In this document: positions 1 through 11,490 of the stretch, piece by piece
How the letters are laid out: every line of letters begins with the position of its first letter
Numbering within the stretch: the first letter of the stretch is position 1
Assembly: GCF_006345805.1 (NCBI RefSeq)
Contig: NC_042999.1
Coordinates: forward strand, 15,810,001-15,874,000
Direction of reading: 5' to 3'
Source: Octopus sinensis
Lineage: Eukaryota
Length of the DNA stretch: 64,000 bases
The notes under the pieces: generated by a model
Databases searched by the model: none
Told to the model about the DNA's origin: nothing
The model's input: the letters and a program-made list of their open reading frames with translations, nothing else
Translations under genes and position numbers: made by a program

Positions 1-370
1 TTACACTCTCTTTCTGAATTTGATGGAGACTTTCTGCTTGTGGAAAACTTGTAAAGTCATAGACGCAGTTTGGTCATACACATTTTTCAACTGAAGCACC
101 CAAGAGCTGTCCCATTTTATGCATCATATTAGGTCTATGACAAAATAACATCTGAATAAATAATAGAGTAACTTCTAGACTATTTTCTTTCTATTGCTAT
201 GCATTGTTCCCACTGTAGACATTACAAGCTTTTTAATGTTTTGGCATTGGGGCTTATATTTTTCTCCCACATCAATGCTTTTTAAAACATGGAGTTTAAT
301 ATCCAGTGAAATTCCTCTACGGCTCCTTTCGCACTTTTCTTTGATGACTTCTTTCCTGACATCTTGAATT
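1..370 (-). mobile_element. Decayed pogo/Tigger-like transposase N-terminus (CENP-B-type HTH)
   Basis: Minus-strand translation RRGISLDIKLHVLKSIDVGEK...LVMSTVGTMHSNRKKI, then MHKMGQLLG...QAESLHQIQKE. This resembles the two HTH blocks of Tigger/CENP-B proteins. Stops and frameshifts are present; judged by eye. Confidence 0.55.
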
Positions 371-410
371 GTAGTTAAATCCAATAGTGCCAACAATCAA
401 CAAATTTGCA

Positions 411-588
411 GCCTGTGCCAGTGGCACACAAAAAGCACCCACTACACTCACAGAGTGGTTGGTGTTAGTAAGAGCATCCAGCTGTAGAAACACTGCCAGA
501 TCAGACTGGAGCCTATTGCAGCCTTCTGGCTTCCCAGACCCCGCTTGAACCGTCCAACCCATTCTAGCATGGAAAACGGACGTTAAAC

Positions 589-620
<32 letters not shown>
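411..620 (+). mobile_element. Family A: 5'-truncated RTE-LINE 3' end with (GAT)n tail
   Basis: Matches the 3' terminus of the RTE copy at 18490-19691 (gcatccagctgtagaaacactgcc...ccaacccat-ctagcatggaaaacggacgttaaacg) and ends in (GAT)n. Confidence 0.85.
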
Positions 621-621
<1 letters not shown>

Positions 622-1198
622 ATATGTAATTAAAAAATATTATGAAGTAAAACAGCATTGTGAAAGTAAAAAATTGTCTTATTCCTATGGATGTAAGAAT
701 GAAAATGAGAAGGTTAAAGAGTGGGCACTTCACCACTTGTAACTCTGATTTGAGCCATAAAAATACTCCACCCTCCTCTCACCCACCTCTCACACAGTGC
801 TGACATACAACATACATAAGCTATAGACATTGCTGTCATTGGTTATTCAAAATTTGGTGGGTTGATAATGATGTTATTTGTTGTATTGGTTTTCATTTTG
901 TTGGTGACAGTGACAATGATGGTACTTGTGGTTTTGGTGATGGTCACATTGTTCTTGCTAATTGTATTGCTGTTTTAGTTTCAAGTCAATCTTCATTGAC
1001 CTAAAATCAAAGAGATTTTGATTTCAATGAACATTTCAAATACATTTGAACAACACATTATCCCATGTGGTTGTTTTTTTTCGTTATTCCAGATGGAGTT
1101 GTTTATCTTTTCCACAATATTGTGGCTGGTGTTGTTAGTCATTAAGGAGCTGGTGGGCTGTTAATGACAATGGTAGTATTGATTTTGGTGTTGATGAG

Positions 1199-1252
1199 AG
1201 ATAGAGAGAGAGAGAGAAGGAGAGAGAGAGAGAAGGAGAGAGAGAGAGAGAT
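1199..1252. repeat. (GA)n microsatellite
   Basis: Direct reading. Confidence 0.9.
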
Positions 1253-2878
1253 ACATACACAAATACTTGCATACACACACATATTTTACATTGTGTGTGT
1301 TTGTCATGAATATAGTTTTCAAATTGCTAACTATTTTGATCTTAGCTAAAACACAGAGAAGCATCTTTTGGCTAAAAACAGAGCATGGCCTATAAATTTT
1401 CAATATTCATCTATTTCCATTAGAGTGAAATTACCCTGTATCCCACATCCCAAAATTAGTGGTCATATTTTATAATAACCAAAATCACAAAATCATCTAA
1501 CAGGAGTAACTGCAGAGAGGGATACCTGTATCTTCTCTTTATCTAGTCAACCATTATTCCGGCTTCCCTGAACTAGCACACTGAGTGCCATGGACATAGA
1601 CCACACAATGCACTTTTTCACTGCTACTCTGTAACTGCTTTATTAAACACTCTGCTAAATCCATCATCCTTGTAACATCATCCTTCTGAATTGCACTCTG
1701 CCTATGCTTTATCTAAACATAAATTGCATCTGTTTCAACAACCCATAAAAATATGCAGTATTTATTGGCACTGACCTTCCGAGTAAAAAATTTAAAAAAA
1801 ACACAGATCTAGATAATTTGTAATATTAATATTCAAGGCTTAACCTGGTTTTGGAAAGAAGATTATATATATATATATATATATATAAAAAGTGTCTTTT
1901 GAATGGCTTTTTATAGAGTATCAATTTCTGCTTCTGATTCACTGAGCTTAAAGCATCCAATCCATTTTCTGACCTCAATAAATTTATTGCACAGAACCTG
2001 TCAAGTATGTGACAATATCGTGGCATGGCCACAATCAAATGGAACAAGTAAATATAAAGTGTTACTGAGTAATTCATTTAGTAATAAGAAACTAATATCA
2101 GAAAAGTCACTGAAACTAAATGTATTGCTATCAGACTGAAAATCACACATTTAAATAACATTGTGCTCAACGTAACAATAAAAATCTCACGGCACAAACC
2201 CAACAGATTTTCAGCATTCTCCATATAACATTAAATGAATAGTAAATATTATTTCCTCTGACGTATGATTTGTCTTCTTTTCAGCAACAATGAAACTATT
2301 TCAACATTTCAAAGCAAGACCACTAATTCTTCAGAGAAAACATCCAATAGAATATCATCGTCAACAATATAGAAATTGGAAAAGATTAATCAATATAACA
2401 AAATTACACTATGTTTGTTGTCAATAACAACCACTGAATTATTCATGATTTTCAAGAAAGGTTTCAGAGCTGTGATGCATTTTAAATTAAATTACTTATC
2501 AACATGCAGATCTTTAAAGCAAATATTTATTTAGCTGCATTAAATCACTCATCCAGAAAATTTAGAGATTAGATATAGTTGTGTAGTAAGTAGACGAAAT
2601 CATAATGGTCAGTGACTGGCGTTTTGTGAATAAGTTACACGATTTATTCTTTAGTAAAAGTTAATGACTGACAAAGATAATGTTTCACAAGAAAATGAGC
2701 TTGAAACAACTTGAACATTCAACAGGAATTAAACGAATTTAAGGAAACTATACACAGTCTGCTGACCTGCTAGAAATAGTAATTAGCTTCCCTTCTATTA
2801 TAACATACAATTTTAATAAAGACAGTTCACACCAGAGAAAAGATTGGCCATGGGTGTAATGCCCTTGTTTATAGTTCT

Positions 2879-3371
2879 TATTTCTTTACTGCCCACAAGG
2901 GGCTACACAAAGATGGGACATACAAGGACAGACAAATGGATTCAGTCGATTATGTTGACCCCAGTGCATATCATCATCATCATCGTTTAACATCCGCTTT
3001 CCATGCTAGCATGGGTTGGACGGTTCAACTGGGGTCTGGGAAGCCCGAAGGCTGCACCAGGCCAGTCAGATCTGGCTGTGTTTCTACAGCTGGATGCCCT
3101 TCCTAACACCAACCACTCCGTGAGTGTAGTGGGTGCTTTTTATGTGCCTCCGACACAGGTGCCAGACGAGGCTGGCGAACAGCCACGCTCGGATGGTGTT
3201 TTTTATGTGCCACCGACACAGGTGCCAGATGAGGCTGGCGAACGGCCACGCTCGAATGCATAACGGGTACTTATTTAATCGACCCCAAAAGGATGAAAGG
3301 CAAAGTCAATCTCGGCAGAATGTGAACCCAGAACGTAGTGGCAGACGAAATACTGCTAAGCATTTTGCCCA
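2879..3371 (-). mobile_element. SINE family C, interrupted by a family A insertion
   Basis: Homologous to intact copies at 41072-41345 and 62458-62688. Flanked by near-identical direct repeats gccct(t)tgtttatagttct at 2861-2878 and 3379-3397. Confidence 0.85.
2970..3256 (-). mobile_element. Family A RTE 3' end nested in SINE C, with two 63-bp 3'UTR units
   Basis: (CAT)n tail at left; tgcat duplicated on both sides (2965-2969 and 3257-3261). Confidence 0.85.
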
Positions 3372-3726
3372 ACTCTCTGCCCTTTGTTTATAGTTCTGCA
3401 GGATTGGAGCTGATCTAAAACTACCGAATCAACAGCAATTAATGCTCGAATAGATCCAAATATACAAAACTAGCAGCAAAATCCACCAGAACTAGCAGTT
3501 CATCATTCTTAGTATATAAGCTGGAAACATCGAATTTATGGCATGAGAAAAGTAAAGTTGATTCCTAATTCATTTCTGTCAGTAACAATCTAGGTTTTAC
3601 TAATACTGTCTTTTGAATCATAGATTTAATTAGTTTATAAGGAAGAATTAAGATCATTAGCAAAAGGGCAGATGTAGGCAATCTGCACTCAGATCACATG
3701 TGACCCCCTTTATTAGGCATGCCATA

Positions 3727-3767
3727 ATAATGAAATTAGACATGTATGGCATGTCTAATTTCATTAT
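3727..3767. repeat. Perfect 18-bp inverted repeat with 5-nt loop
   Basis: ataatgaaattagacatg-tatgg-catgtctaatttcattat. Confidence 0.9.
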
Positions 3768-4002
3768 AAAAATAGAATAACTGTTTACTAAAATTTTGCA
3801 ACTTGATCGTTAGATGTGAGTCTTAATTTGAATAATTTGCTTTCATTCCTTCTCTCTTTCACTCAATGTTCCTTTCAATTAAGAGTTTGGTGGAGCTGAG
3901 CAACTTTATGAATTATCAACCAACAATGATAAAATGAGTCATATTACCATTTTGAGAAGGTTTTTTTTTCTCTTTTTGTTCAGTATCTCTTTCACCTCTT
4001 TT

Positions 4003-4222
4003 AGTTGTTTCAGTCATTTGACTGTGGCCATGCAGGAGCACTGCCTTGAAGGGTTTTAGTCGAACAAATTGACCCCAGGACTTTTCTTTTTTGAAGCTTA
4101 GCACGTATTCTATTTGTCGCTTTTGCTGAACTGCTAAGTTACAGGGATGTAAACACCAACACTGGTTGTCAAGCAGTAATGAGGGGACGGACACACACAC
4201 ACACACATGCGCGTGCACACAT
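4003..4222 (-). mobile_element. SINE family B, 3' half
   Basis: ttgtttcagtcatttgactgtggccatgc... matches the B 3' region; directly abuts the next copy. Confidence 0.75.
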
Positions 4223-4655
4223 TCTTTTACTTGTTTCAGTCATTTGACTGCGGCCATGCTGGAGCACAACCTTAAACAGTTTTAGTCGAAGAAATTGATA
4301 TCAGGACTAATAATTCTGTGTAAGCCTAGCACTTGTATCAGTCTCTTTTGCCAAATCACTAAGTTACAGGGATGTAAGTACACCAACATCAATTGTTAAG
4401 TGATAGTGTAGGGTCAAATACAGACACATAGACACACGCACGCACACACACACACACACACACACCACACACACACACACACACATATATATGACGGGCG
4501 TTTTTCAGATTCTGTCTACCAAATTCATTTACAAAGCTTTGGTTGGCTCGAAGCTATAGTAGAAGACACTTGCTCAAGATACCATGCAGTGGGACTGAAC
4601 CTGAAACCATGTGGTTGGTAAACAAGCTTCTTACCACACAGCCATGCCTGCACCT
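4223..4655 (-). mobile_element. SINE family B, full length, diverged
   Basis: B tail, central (CA)n and tRNA-like head (gtgggactgaacc...cttaccacacagcc). Confidence 0.85.
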
Positions 4656-6494
4656 GAATTTTCATAAGAAATATTTTTATGATTTGCCTAATGAAATAAC
4701 CTACTGCTGGAAAATGGTTGCTCAGGCCAAACTTGGGGTTAGACATTGGAATCGAAGTAAATATATTATTACAATTCCCCAATACCATGCTAATCAAGTT
4801 AAAGAGTTTCTTTTGGTTCAAAATTATTCCCAAATAATTTTGGTTTGTAAATTTTATCTGAAGGGATTGAAGAAACTGAGCATATCGTTTGAACTAACAG
4901 GGCTATAATTATTTAAAATTAGGCAGTACATACTCTACTGTAGAGAAAAGCAACAAAGAGGAGAACAAAGGAACATGAACATTACAATAGATAATATTAC
5001 ACTAGAGAAAAATGAAACTTTTTCATGTCAGTATTTAGTTTCACATAATATCACATTAAAACTTTTTAAGTTTAAATGCAAAGTTTCTCCTGTAATTCTT
5101 TTGAAATGTCACAATAATTTCAAAGTACAATACAAAAATAATCATAGTATAGTAATTTAAAACCTCAATATGATAAACACTATCTTTACTGTTCTTTAAT
5201 TCTACATTATAAACAAAATATTACTTTCTCTAATTCTAAAGTAAACCATATTGAATTTCTTGAAACTATACTAAAATAAATAAAATTGCTTTTAAAACTG
5301 TTCTATTTGGAATCTAATATCACCATTTTATCATTAAAATCATAATACTGAAATATTTAAATTTAGCAATCGTTTTAAGTGTAATCAGCCTCTAAAAAGG
5401 AAATAAAGAAGTTATTACTATTTTGTGGTGTGAGTAACAAAATTTGTACAAACATCATTCTGAAGCTTCTTAAGCAGTTTATATATTATATTTTTTCCAT
5501 TATTGCAGTTCTTCTGAGGATACCAACACAACCGGCACAAACACGGGCAATTTCAGAGAACTTCATTATTGACCAAAATGTTAAGTTATACAATGTTAAC
5601 TTACGCAATGCTCACTGATATGTGAAGATAACATAACACTCTAATTTTCTTCCTTCTAGTTCTGTGCTATAACAACTTGCTAATACATAGCCTCACAGAA
5701 TACACGCTTCTGATTCATTTTAGTATGGGTCACTTGGCATCTCACCATACATGAGCAACACCACAAAAACAACACTAAATTATAAATTCTATCAAATTTG
5801 ATCCAAGATTACATATTTTTAAGGTTACTCTAAAATTGATAGCATGTTAGCTCAAATGTTTTGAGGCGTTCAAATGTGCTTCAGAACACTAAATTTCATA
5901 TTATCTAAAAGAAAAAAAATACACATTAAATTTATTACTTGAGAAATTATACACTGTGAGAAAGCCTAAGGAATATGTACGAACAAAATAAATGCTAATA
6001 AAAAAGAATTAAAAACTAAAACTAATTCTGAATATAAATTAAGACTAATAGTATTAAAAGCAATGGTTTGTATTTGTGAAAGCAATATAAACAAGTCAAT
6101 GGTACCGACAGCAGGTATTTTATTGTTTTTATATACAACACACTTAATTCAGCTCATAACTATTTACCTAATTATAGAACATATTTAAAAACTTACATAG
6201 GATTAATTAGCATTGTTCCTGGTGGAATGTTTATCTCAGATCTGATTAATGTGACAAAGACTAGAATTAAGTATGCAACTATAAACTACTTAAAGTTGAC
6301 TTGGTACTACTGTGAAGTGTGGGTGGTCTATGGGGACTTGTTACTATAACATGAAGTCGCCTCGAAACGCTTGTAATATAGTGTAAGTATACAAATTTTA
6401 ATACTTGTAAATGATCCTTTTAGAAAGCCTTGTCAGGTAGTGATCTTTTTATTGTCTGTCTTAGTAATTTGGTCAAAATGAATCTTAGTCTTAG

Positions 6495-6822
6495 ATCATC
6501 ATCACCATCATCATCATTGTGTAATGTCCGCTTTCCATGCTAGCATGGGTTGGACGGTTCGACCGGGGTCTGGAAAGCCAGGAGGCAGCACCAGGCTCCA
6601 GTCTGATCTGGCAGTGTTTCTACAGCTGGATGCCCTTCCTAACGCCAACCACTCCATGAGTTTAATGGGTGCTTTTTACATGCCACCGGCACATGTGCCA
6701 GGTGAGGCTGGCAACGGCCACGATCGGTTGGTGCTTTTTACGTACCACCGGCATGGAAGCCAGTCAAGGCGGCGCTGGCATCAGCCACGTTCAGATGGTG
6801 TTTTTTACATGTCACTGGCACA
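6495..6822 (-). mobile_element. Family A RTE 3' end
   Basis: (CAT)n tail plus family A body. Confidence 0.85.
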
Positions 6823-7193
6823 AGTATCAAATACCAGACTACAGCTAATGTTATACACTACATGCTATAATAGTACCACTGACTTACATTTAAAAAAGTT
6901 CAAATTCAAAAGTTACTTATAGAAACCTATAAACAGAAGTTTAGAGTAAGTTACAAGGTGTTGAGACATTTAAGGTTGGCTACATAAACTTTATTATACA
7001 CATTCAATATTGTTTCATTTTCTCTACATCATATTTCCTTCCCAAAGTTTATATTAGACAAGATGTACAATGCCTCCTCTCCAAAATTACTGCTTTCTAA
7101 TGTACCTCTTCCAACTTATTAAAATCAACACTAGGGAATTGAAGCTGACTAATATCATTGCCCAAATTCTAGAGGGATTTATCACAAAATAAA

Positions 7194-7688
7194 ATCATCA
7201 TCATCATCATCATCGTTTAACGTCCGCTTTCCATGCTAGCATGGGTTGGACGGTTCAACTGGGGTGTGGGAAGCCTGAAGGCTGCACCAGGCCAGTCAGA
7301 CCTGGCAGTGTTTCTACAGCTGGATGCCCTTCCTAACGCCAACCACTCCGTGAGTGTAGTGGGTGCTTTTTATGTGCCACCAACACAGGTGCCAGATGAG
7401 GCTGGCGAACGGCCACGCTCGGATGGTGTTTTTTATGTGCCACCGACACAGGTGCCAGACAAGGCTGGCGAACGGCCACGCTCGGATGGTGTTTTTTATG
7501 TGCCACCGACACAGGTGCCAGATGAGGCTGGCGAACGGCCACACTCGGATGGTGTTTTTTATGTGCCACCGACACAGGTGCCAGACGAGGCTGGCGAACG
7601 GCCACGCTCGGATGGTGTTTTTTATGTGCCACCGACACAGGTGCCAGACGAGGCTGGCGAACGGCCACGCTCGGATGGCGTTTTTTAT
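7194..7688 (-). mobile_element. Family A RTE 3' end with five tandem 63-bp units
   Basis: acacaggtgcc recurs at 7383, 7446, 7509, 7572 and 7635 (period 63); (CAT)n tail at left. Confidence 0.9.
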
Positions 7689-7971
7689 AGAGGAATATAA
7701 AATATGTAATAAATACAGTACTAAACTCAATATTAGTATTTCTGAATTATAATAAGACTGATACTGTATTCATCATAACTGCTGGAAGAAGCCAGAGAGG
7801 AAATAGAAAACTCTTAATAAGAGTTGAAAGACATTTTCATGTATTTATTGCTTTTACATTTATACAAATTGATATAATTTTTGATGATTATCCATAGAAT
7901 GTTTAATATTTGATCCTTACTAGCATTCAACATTATTCTATACAACATTGTTCCAAATCTGAAATCTCACA

Positions 7972-8380
7972 TACTCTTTTTACTCTTTTACTTGTTTCAG
8001 TCATTTTGACTGCGGCCATGCTGGAGCACCGCCTTTAGTCGAGCAAATCGACCCCGGGACTTATTCTTTGTAAGCCCAGTGCTTATTCTATCGGTCTCTT
8101 TTGCCGAACCGCTAAGTGACGGGGACGTAAACACACCAGCATCAGTTGTCAAGCAATGCTAGGGGGACAAACACAGACACACAAACACACACATATACAT
8201 ATATATATATATACATATATACGACAGGCTTCTTTCAGTTTCCGTCTACCAAATCCACTCACAAGGCATTGGTCGGCCCGGGGCTATAGCAGAAGACACT
8301 TGCCCAAGATGCCACGCAGTGGGACTGAACCCGGAACCATGTGGTTGGTTAGCAAGCTACTTACCACACAGCCACCTGCT
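7972..8380 (-). mobile_element. SINE family B, full length, young
   Basis: (tactctt)n tail, conserved body, head with A-box TGGCTGTGTGG and B-box-like GGTTCAGTCC on the minus strand. Confidence 0.9.
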
Positions 8381-8829
8381 CAAAATATGTGCTGAAGTAG
8401 AGAAATCAAAATGCAGATTCTACTATGATGCCTTACACACTGACACCAATTACTGCCTTCTTTACGCAAATTACAAACAAATCTTCAAAGATGTAAATTA
8501 CATTAGTTTAAGATTTATGTTCAATAGAAAAGGAATTCAGAATTTTCTTTCTAATCATCTAGTTCAGCTTCACCATTAGTATTGAAGTTAGCAATAGTAT
8601 TAAAAGCCAAGGAGGCTTTACAGCTTCAAAAAAAGCGACAATACTTAGTATGCAGAAAGGCAGTAGGCTGGAAATCAATATTATGCAATCACTGCTATCA
8701 ATCACTGTTAACAATGCAGAGAAATATTAAATTAATATAAAACCAAAATTTAATGTATGGCACACGAAGAAAATAACCAATCTTTACAATAACAGGCTTG
8801 GCTATGCAATATATGAATAGTTACTGCTG

Positions 8830-9720
8830 CTGTTTAGCTCCAGGTTATCCTTGATTAAGCAGACATAAGAATTTCAGCCATGGCCATCTAATTTTTTTTA
8901 GAGATGGGGAGTAGCAGGCTACATTATGTAATATGTTCTTCCATTTATAAAGATGGTCGAGAGTAATTTGAAGGCAATTTAGCAGCTATTTTTAGTAAGC
9001 CAAGGAACCATGTAGAGACAGTCTCATAGAGATATATGAGTAGTTGACCTGGAAAGTCATTAGACATTTAGAGAGAGTGTGTAAGTTTAGGTATGTGTTG
9101 TTATTGGTAAAGGAGAGTGTGTAATGCTGTGGTTGTGCCTTCATCAATAAATGTATAGTGAGTCCTGGCATGCCAATTACAGGATACTTTCAGGCATTGC
9201 TCATGGATGATTTAATTCATTGTAGGAAGAATTATAGTTGCATTTTCATGACAGCTGTGCTCAGCAGGCTATAGCAGAGTGAAAGAAAGCATTCTTTATA
9301 TTTCAGTACAAGTGATTATAAGTGACAGGGATTAGATCGGTAATAATTGTTGTTGAGGTTGTTTAGCCCTGATTGAGGGGACCTATGATCAAAGGTCTTC
9401 TAGCTATGAACAGTGTACCCAGGACCACAATACACATTGTGTTCTTCCTTTCAAGACAGCAGAGTGTAGTTTCAGGGAGATTTCGCAGCTATTCATACCA
9501 GATCAAGCAACCATATAGAGGCTCTCTCATTGGCTCATCATTAATGATAGTCGGTAACATGGTAGAGAAATGTCTTGTTGACTTCACTGGAACAGTGTTA
9601 CAAGAAGCATTTAATAAAGAAAATTATTTGGAATCCATAGGCAGGAAGCTTTCCTACAGCAGTAGGTCATGTAGGTTCAAATGTGTTGTAGATATCAAGA
9701 TCAACAACTTTTCTTAAAGT
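8830..9720 (-). mobile_element. Decayed CR1/L2-like LINE pieces (RT fragment plus two related 3'UTR-like segments)
   Basis: Minus translation near 9640-9720 VVDLDIYNTF...KLPAYG resembles RT VALDISKAFD...KLPAYG. Segments 8830-9030 and 9360-9560 resemble each other. Confidence 0.45.
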
Positions 9721-10182
9721 GAAATTTTGAAATGCAAGATAATAAATATTAGTGAGTGATATAATACAACAAATCTCTAAGGGGGATAGCATCATGAAAA
9801 TCATCGCTGGTCACTAAGGTGAGGGGAGTGAAATTCAGTGAACATTTACAATTTATTTTCATCATCCTTGAGGTGTTTTAAGCACAAAGGACTGTAGTCA
9901 GCAATACCTAATAAAATGTCTGTTGTAGGCATGGAGCAAATTACTGTGAAAGAGAAATAACTGAGTACAGTAGTATAGAGACACCAAATTTGGCAATAAA
10001 TGTAGATGGTTTATTAGCTGGAGTACAGCTATAAAATATTATTACAGAGATGTACTTGCATAGCAAGTGATTTGATTTGAGATTGTGTGCTGAAACGAAA
10101 ACAACTGCAGTGTGGAAGGTGTTTGTAAGCCATTTAAGAAGCACACAAAAGCCGTTCGATTCACTTCAACATTTAAGTTTAA

Positions 10183-10233
10183 TTTGTCAAAATATTTTCG
10201 TCGCTTTAAGACTGCGACCTGTTCACTGACAAA
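10183..10233 (-). ncRNA. Predicted minimal type-I hammerhead ribozyme, G3:C8 core variant (opposite-strand copy)
   Basis: Minus strand reads TTTGTCA GTGAACA G GTCGC AGTCTTAAA GCGAC GAA AATATT T TGACAAA. Confidence 0.55.
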
Positions 10234-10252
10234 AATCTGTGTTGCACAGATT

Positions 10253-10302
10253 TTTGTCAGTGAACAGGTCGCGGATTTTAGCGACGAAAATATTTTGACA
10301 AA
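10253..10302 (+). ncRNA. Predicted minimal type-I hammerhead ribozyme, G3:C8 core variant
   Basis: Stem I TTTGTCA/TGACAAA; core GTGAACA plus one extra G; stem II GTCGC/GCGAC with loop GGATTTTA; GAA; palindromic helix III AATATT; U17. Confidence 0.55.
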
Positions 10303-10447
10303 TTAAACTTAGATGTTGAAGTGAATCGAACGGCTTTTGTGTGTTTCTTAAATGGTTTATAAACACCTTCCACACTGCAGCTATAAAAATAGTCTGCATT
10401 AAAGAGTATGAAGGTGAAGGTTTAAGAAAAATTAAATGAAATACATC

Positions 10448-10850
10448 TTACTCTTTTACTTGTTTCAGTCATTTGACTGTGGCCATGCTGGAGCACCGCC
10501 TTTAATCGAGCAACTCGACCCCGGGACTTATTTTTTTGTAAGCCCAGTACTTATTCTATCTGTCTCTTTTGCTGAACCGCTAAGTAACGGGGACATAAAC
10601 ACACCAGCATCGGTTGTCAAGCAATGCTAGGGGGACAAACACAGACACACAAACACACACACGCATATATATATATATACATATATACGACGGGCTTCTT
10701 TCAGTTTCCATCTATCAAATCCACTCACAAGGCTTTGGTCGGCCTGAGGCTATAGTAGAAGACACTTGCCCAAGTTGCCACGCAGTGGGACTGAACCCGG
10801 AACCGTGTGGTTGGTAAGTAAGCTACTTACCACGCAGCCACTCCTGCGCC
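10448..10850 (-). mobile_element. SINE family B, full length
   Basis: Near-identical to 7972-8380. Confidence 0.9.
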
Positions 10851-11279
10851 TTGTTAAAAGTTTGATAACATGGTTGGACAAAAGTATGTATTCCCATGTG
10901 TTGCATAATTTTTTCATCTTTTAATTTTTAGCTTGAAACATTTTCAATTGTGATAGATGCTTCTGGGTTCATGACAGTTGTCGGGTGCTGTTGTTTTTGA
11001 TTTAGACCAAAATGAAGCTTGATTAAGCTAGACCTATCATTAGGGATATTTCATGAGCATCATATCATTTTCTATGCTATCACAAGTCAAATGAATATAT
11101 TTTTGAGGCAATTGTTTTACAGTTGGATGCTCTTTCTGTTGCTAACCCTTATGACTTTCAAGTTAGTGATTGCTCAATTCACACAACTTTAAAGCTGACA
11201 AGTGGATGATTTGTTGACAGGAGTAACAATGAAAACATTGCTCAGAACTTGAACCTTGCATACAGTGTAAATGTAACCA

Positions 11280-11457
11280 AACACACACATATGCACATAT
11301 GTAATGAACTTCTTTCAGTTTCTGTCAATTACATTCAATCATAAGGCTTTGGTTGGCCACATGTATAGTACAAGATACTTGCTTAAGGTTCCACACAATG
11401 GAGTCGAACTTAAAACTATATGGTTGGGAAGCAAACTTCTTAACCCTGCAACCATAC
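11280..11457 (-). mobile_element. SINE family B 5' half, old
   Basis: Diverged match to the B head (cttctttcagtttctgtc...ttaaccctgcaaccatacct). Confidence 0.6.
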
Positions 11458-11490
11458 CTCGTATAATATTTTACATCATATACATATATA

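Larger units (their letters stand above)
10105..10380. mobile_element. 276-bp foldback palindrome; candidate inverted pseudo-LTR pair of a Penelope-like or retrozyme-type element, or a foldback MITE
   Basis: Arms of about 136 bp around a ttg loop (10242-10244). Four substitutions in the distal arms plus a differing 8/9-nt segment. ctgcag at both ends. Confidence 0.75.

Noticed and set aside
1826-2135. ORFs near 1826-2139 and 1560-1715
   Set aside because: No coherent splice structure or family motif; part resembles a decayed SINE B tail.
6345-6390. atgaag...cgaaacgc hammerhead-like fragment
   Set aside because: The core lacks CUGA or a compensated equivalent, and stems I and II do not form in register.
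7367-7688. CRISPR-like array or prokaryotic system
   Set aside because: Units are contiguous with no unique spacers; the context is eukaryotic and there are no cas-like ORFs.
7233-7752. 155-aa and overlapping ORFs with a 21-aa repeat (DGVFYVPPTQVPDEAGERPRS)
   Set aside because: Translation of the 63-bp 3'UTR array of a truncated LINE; open in four frames, which argues against coding.
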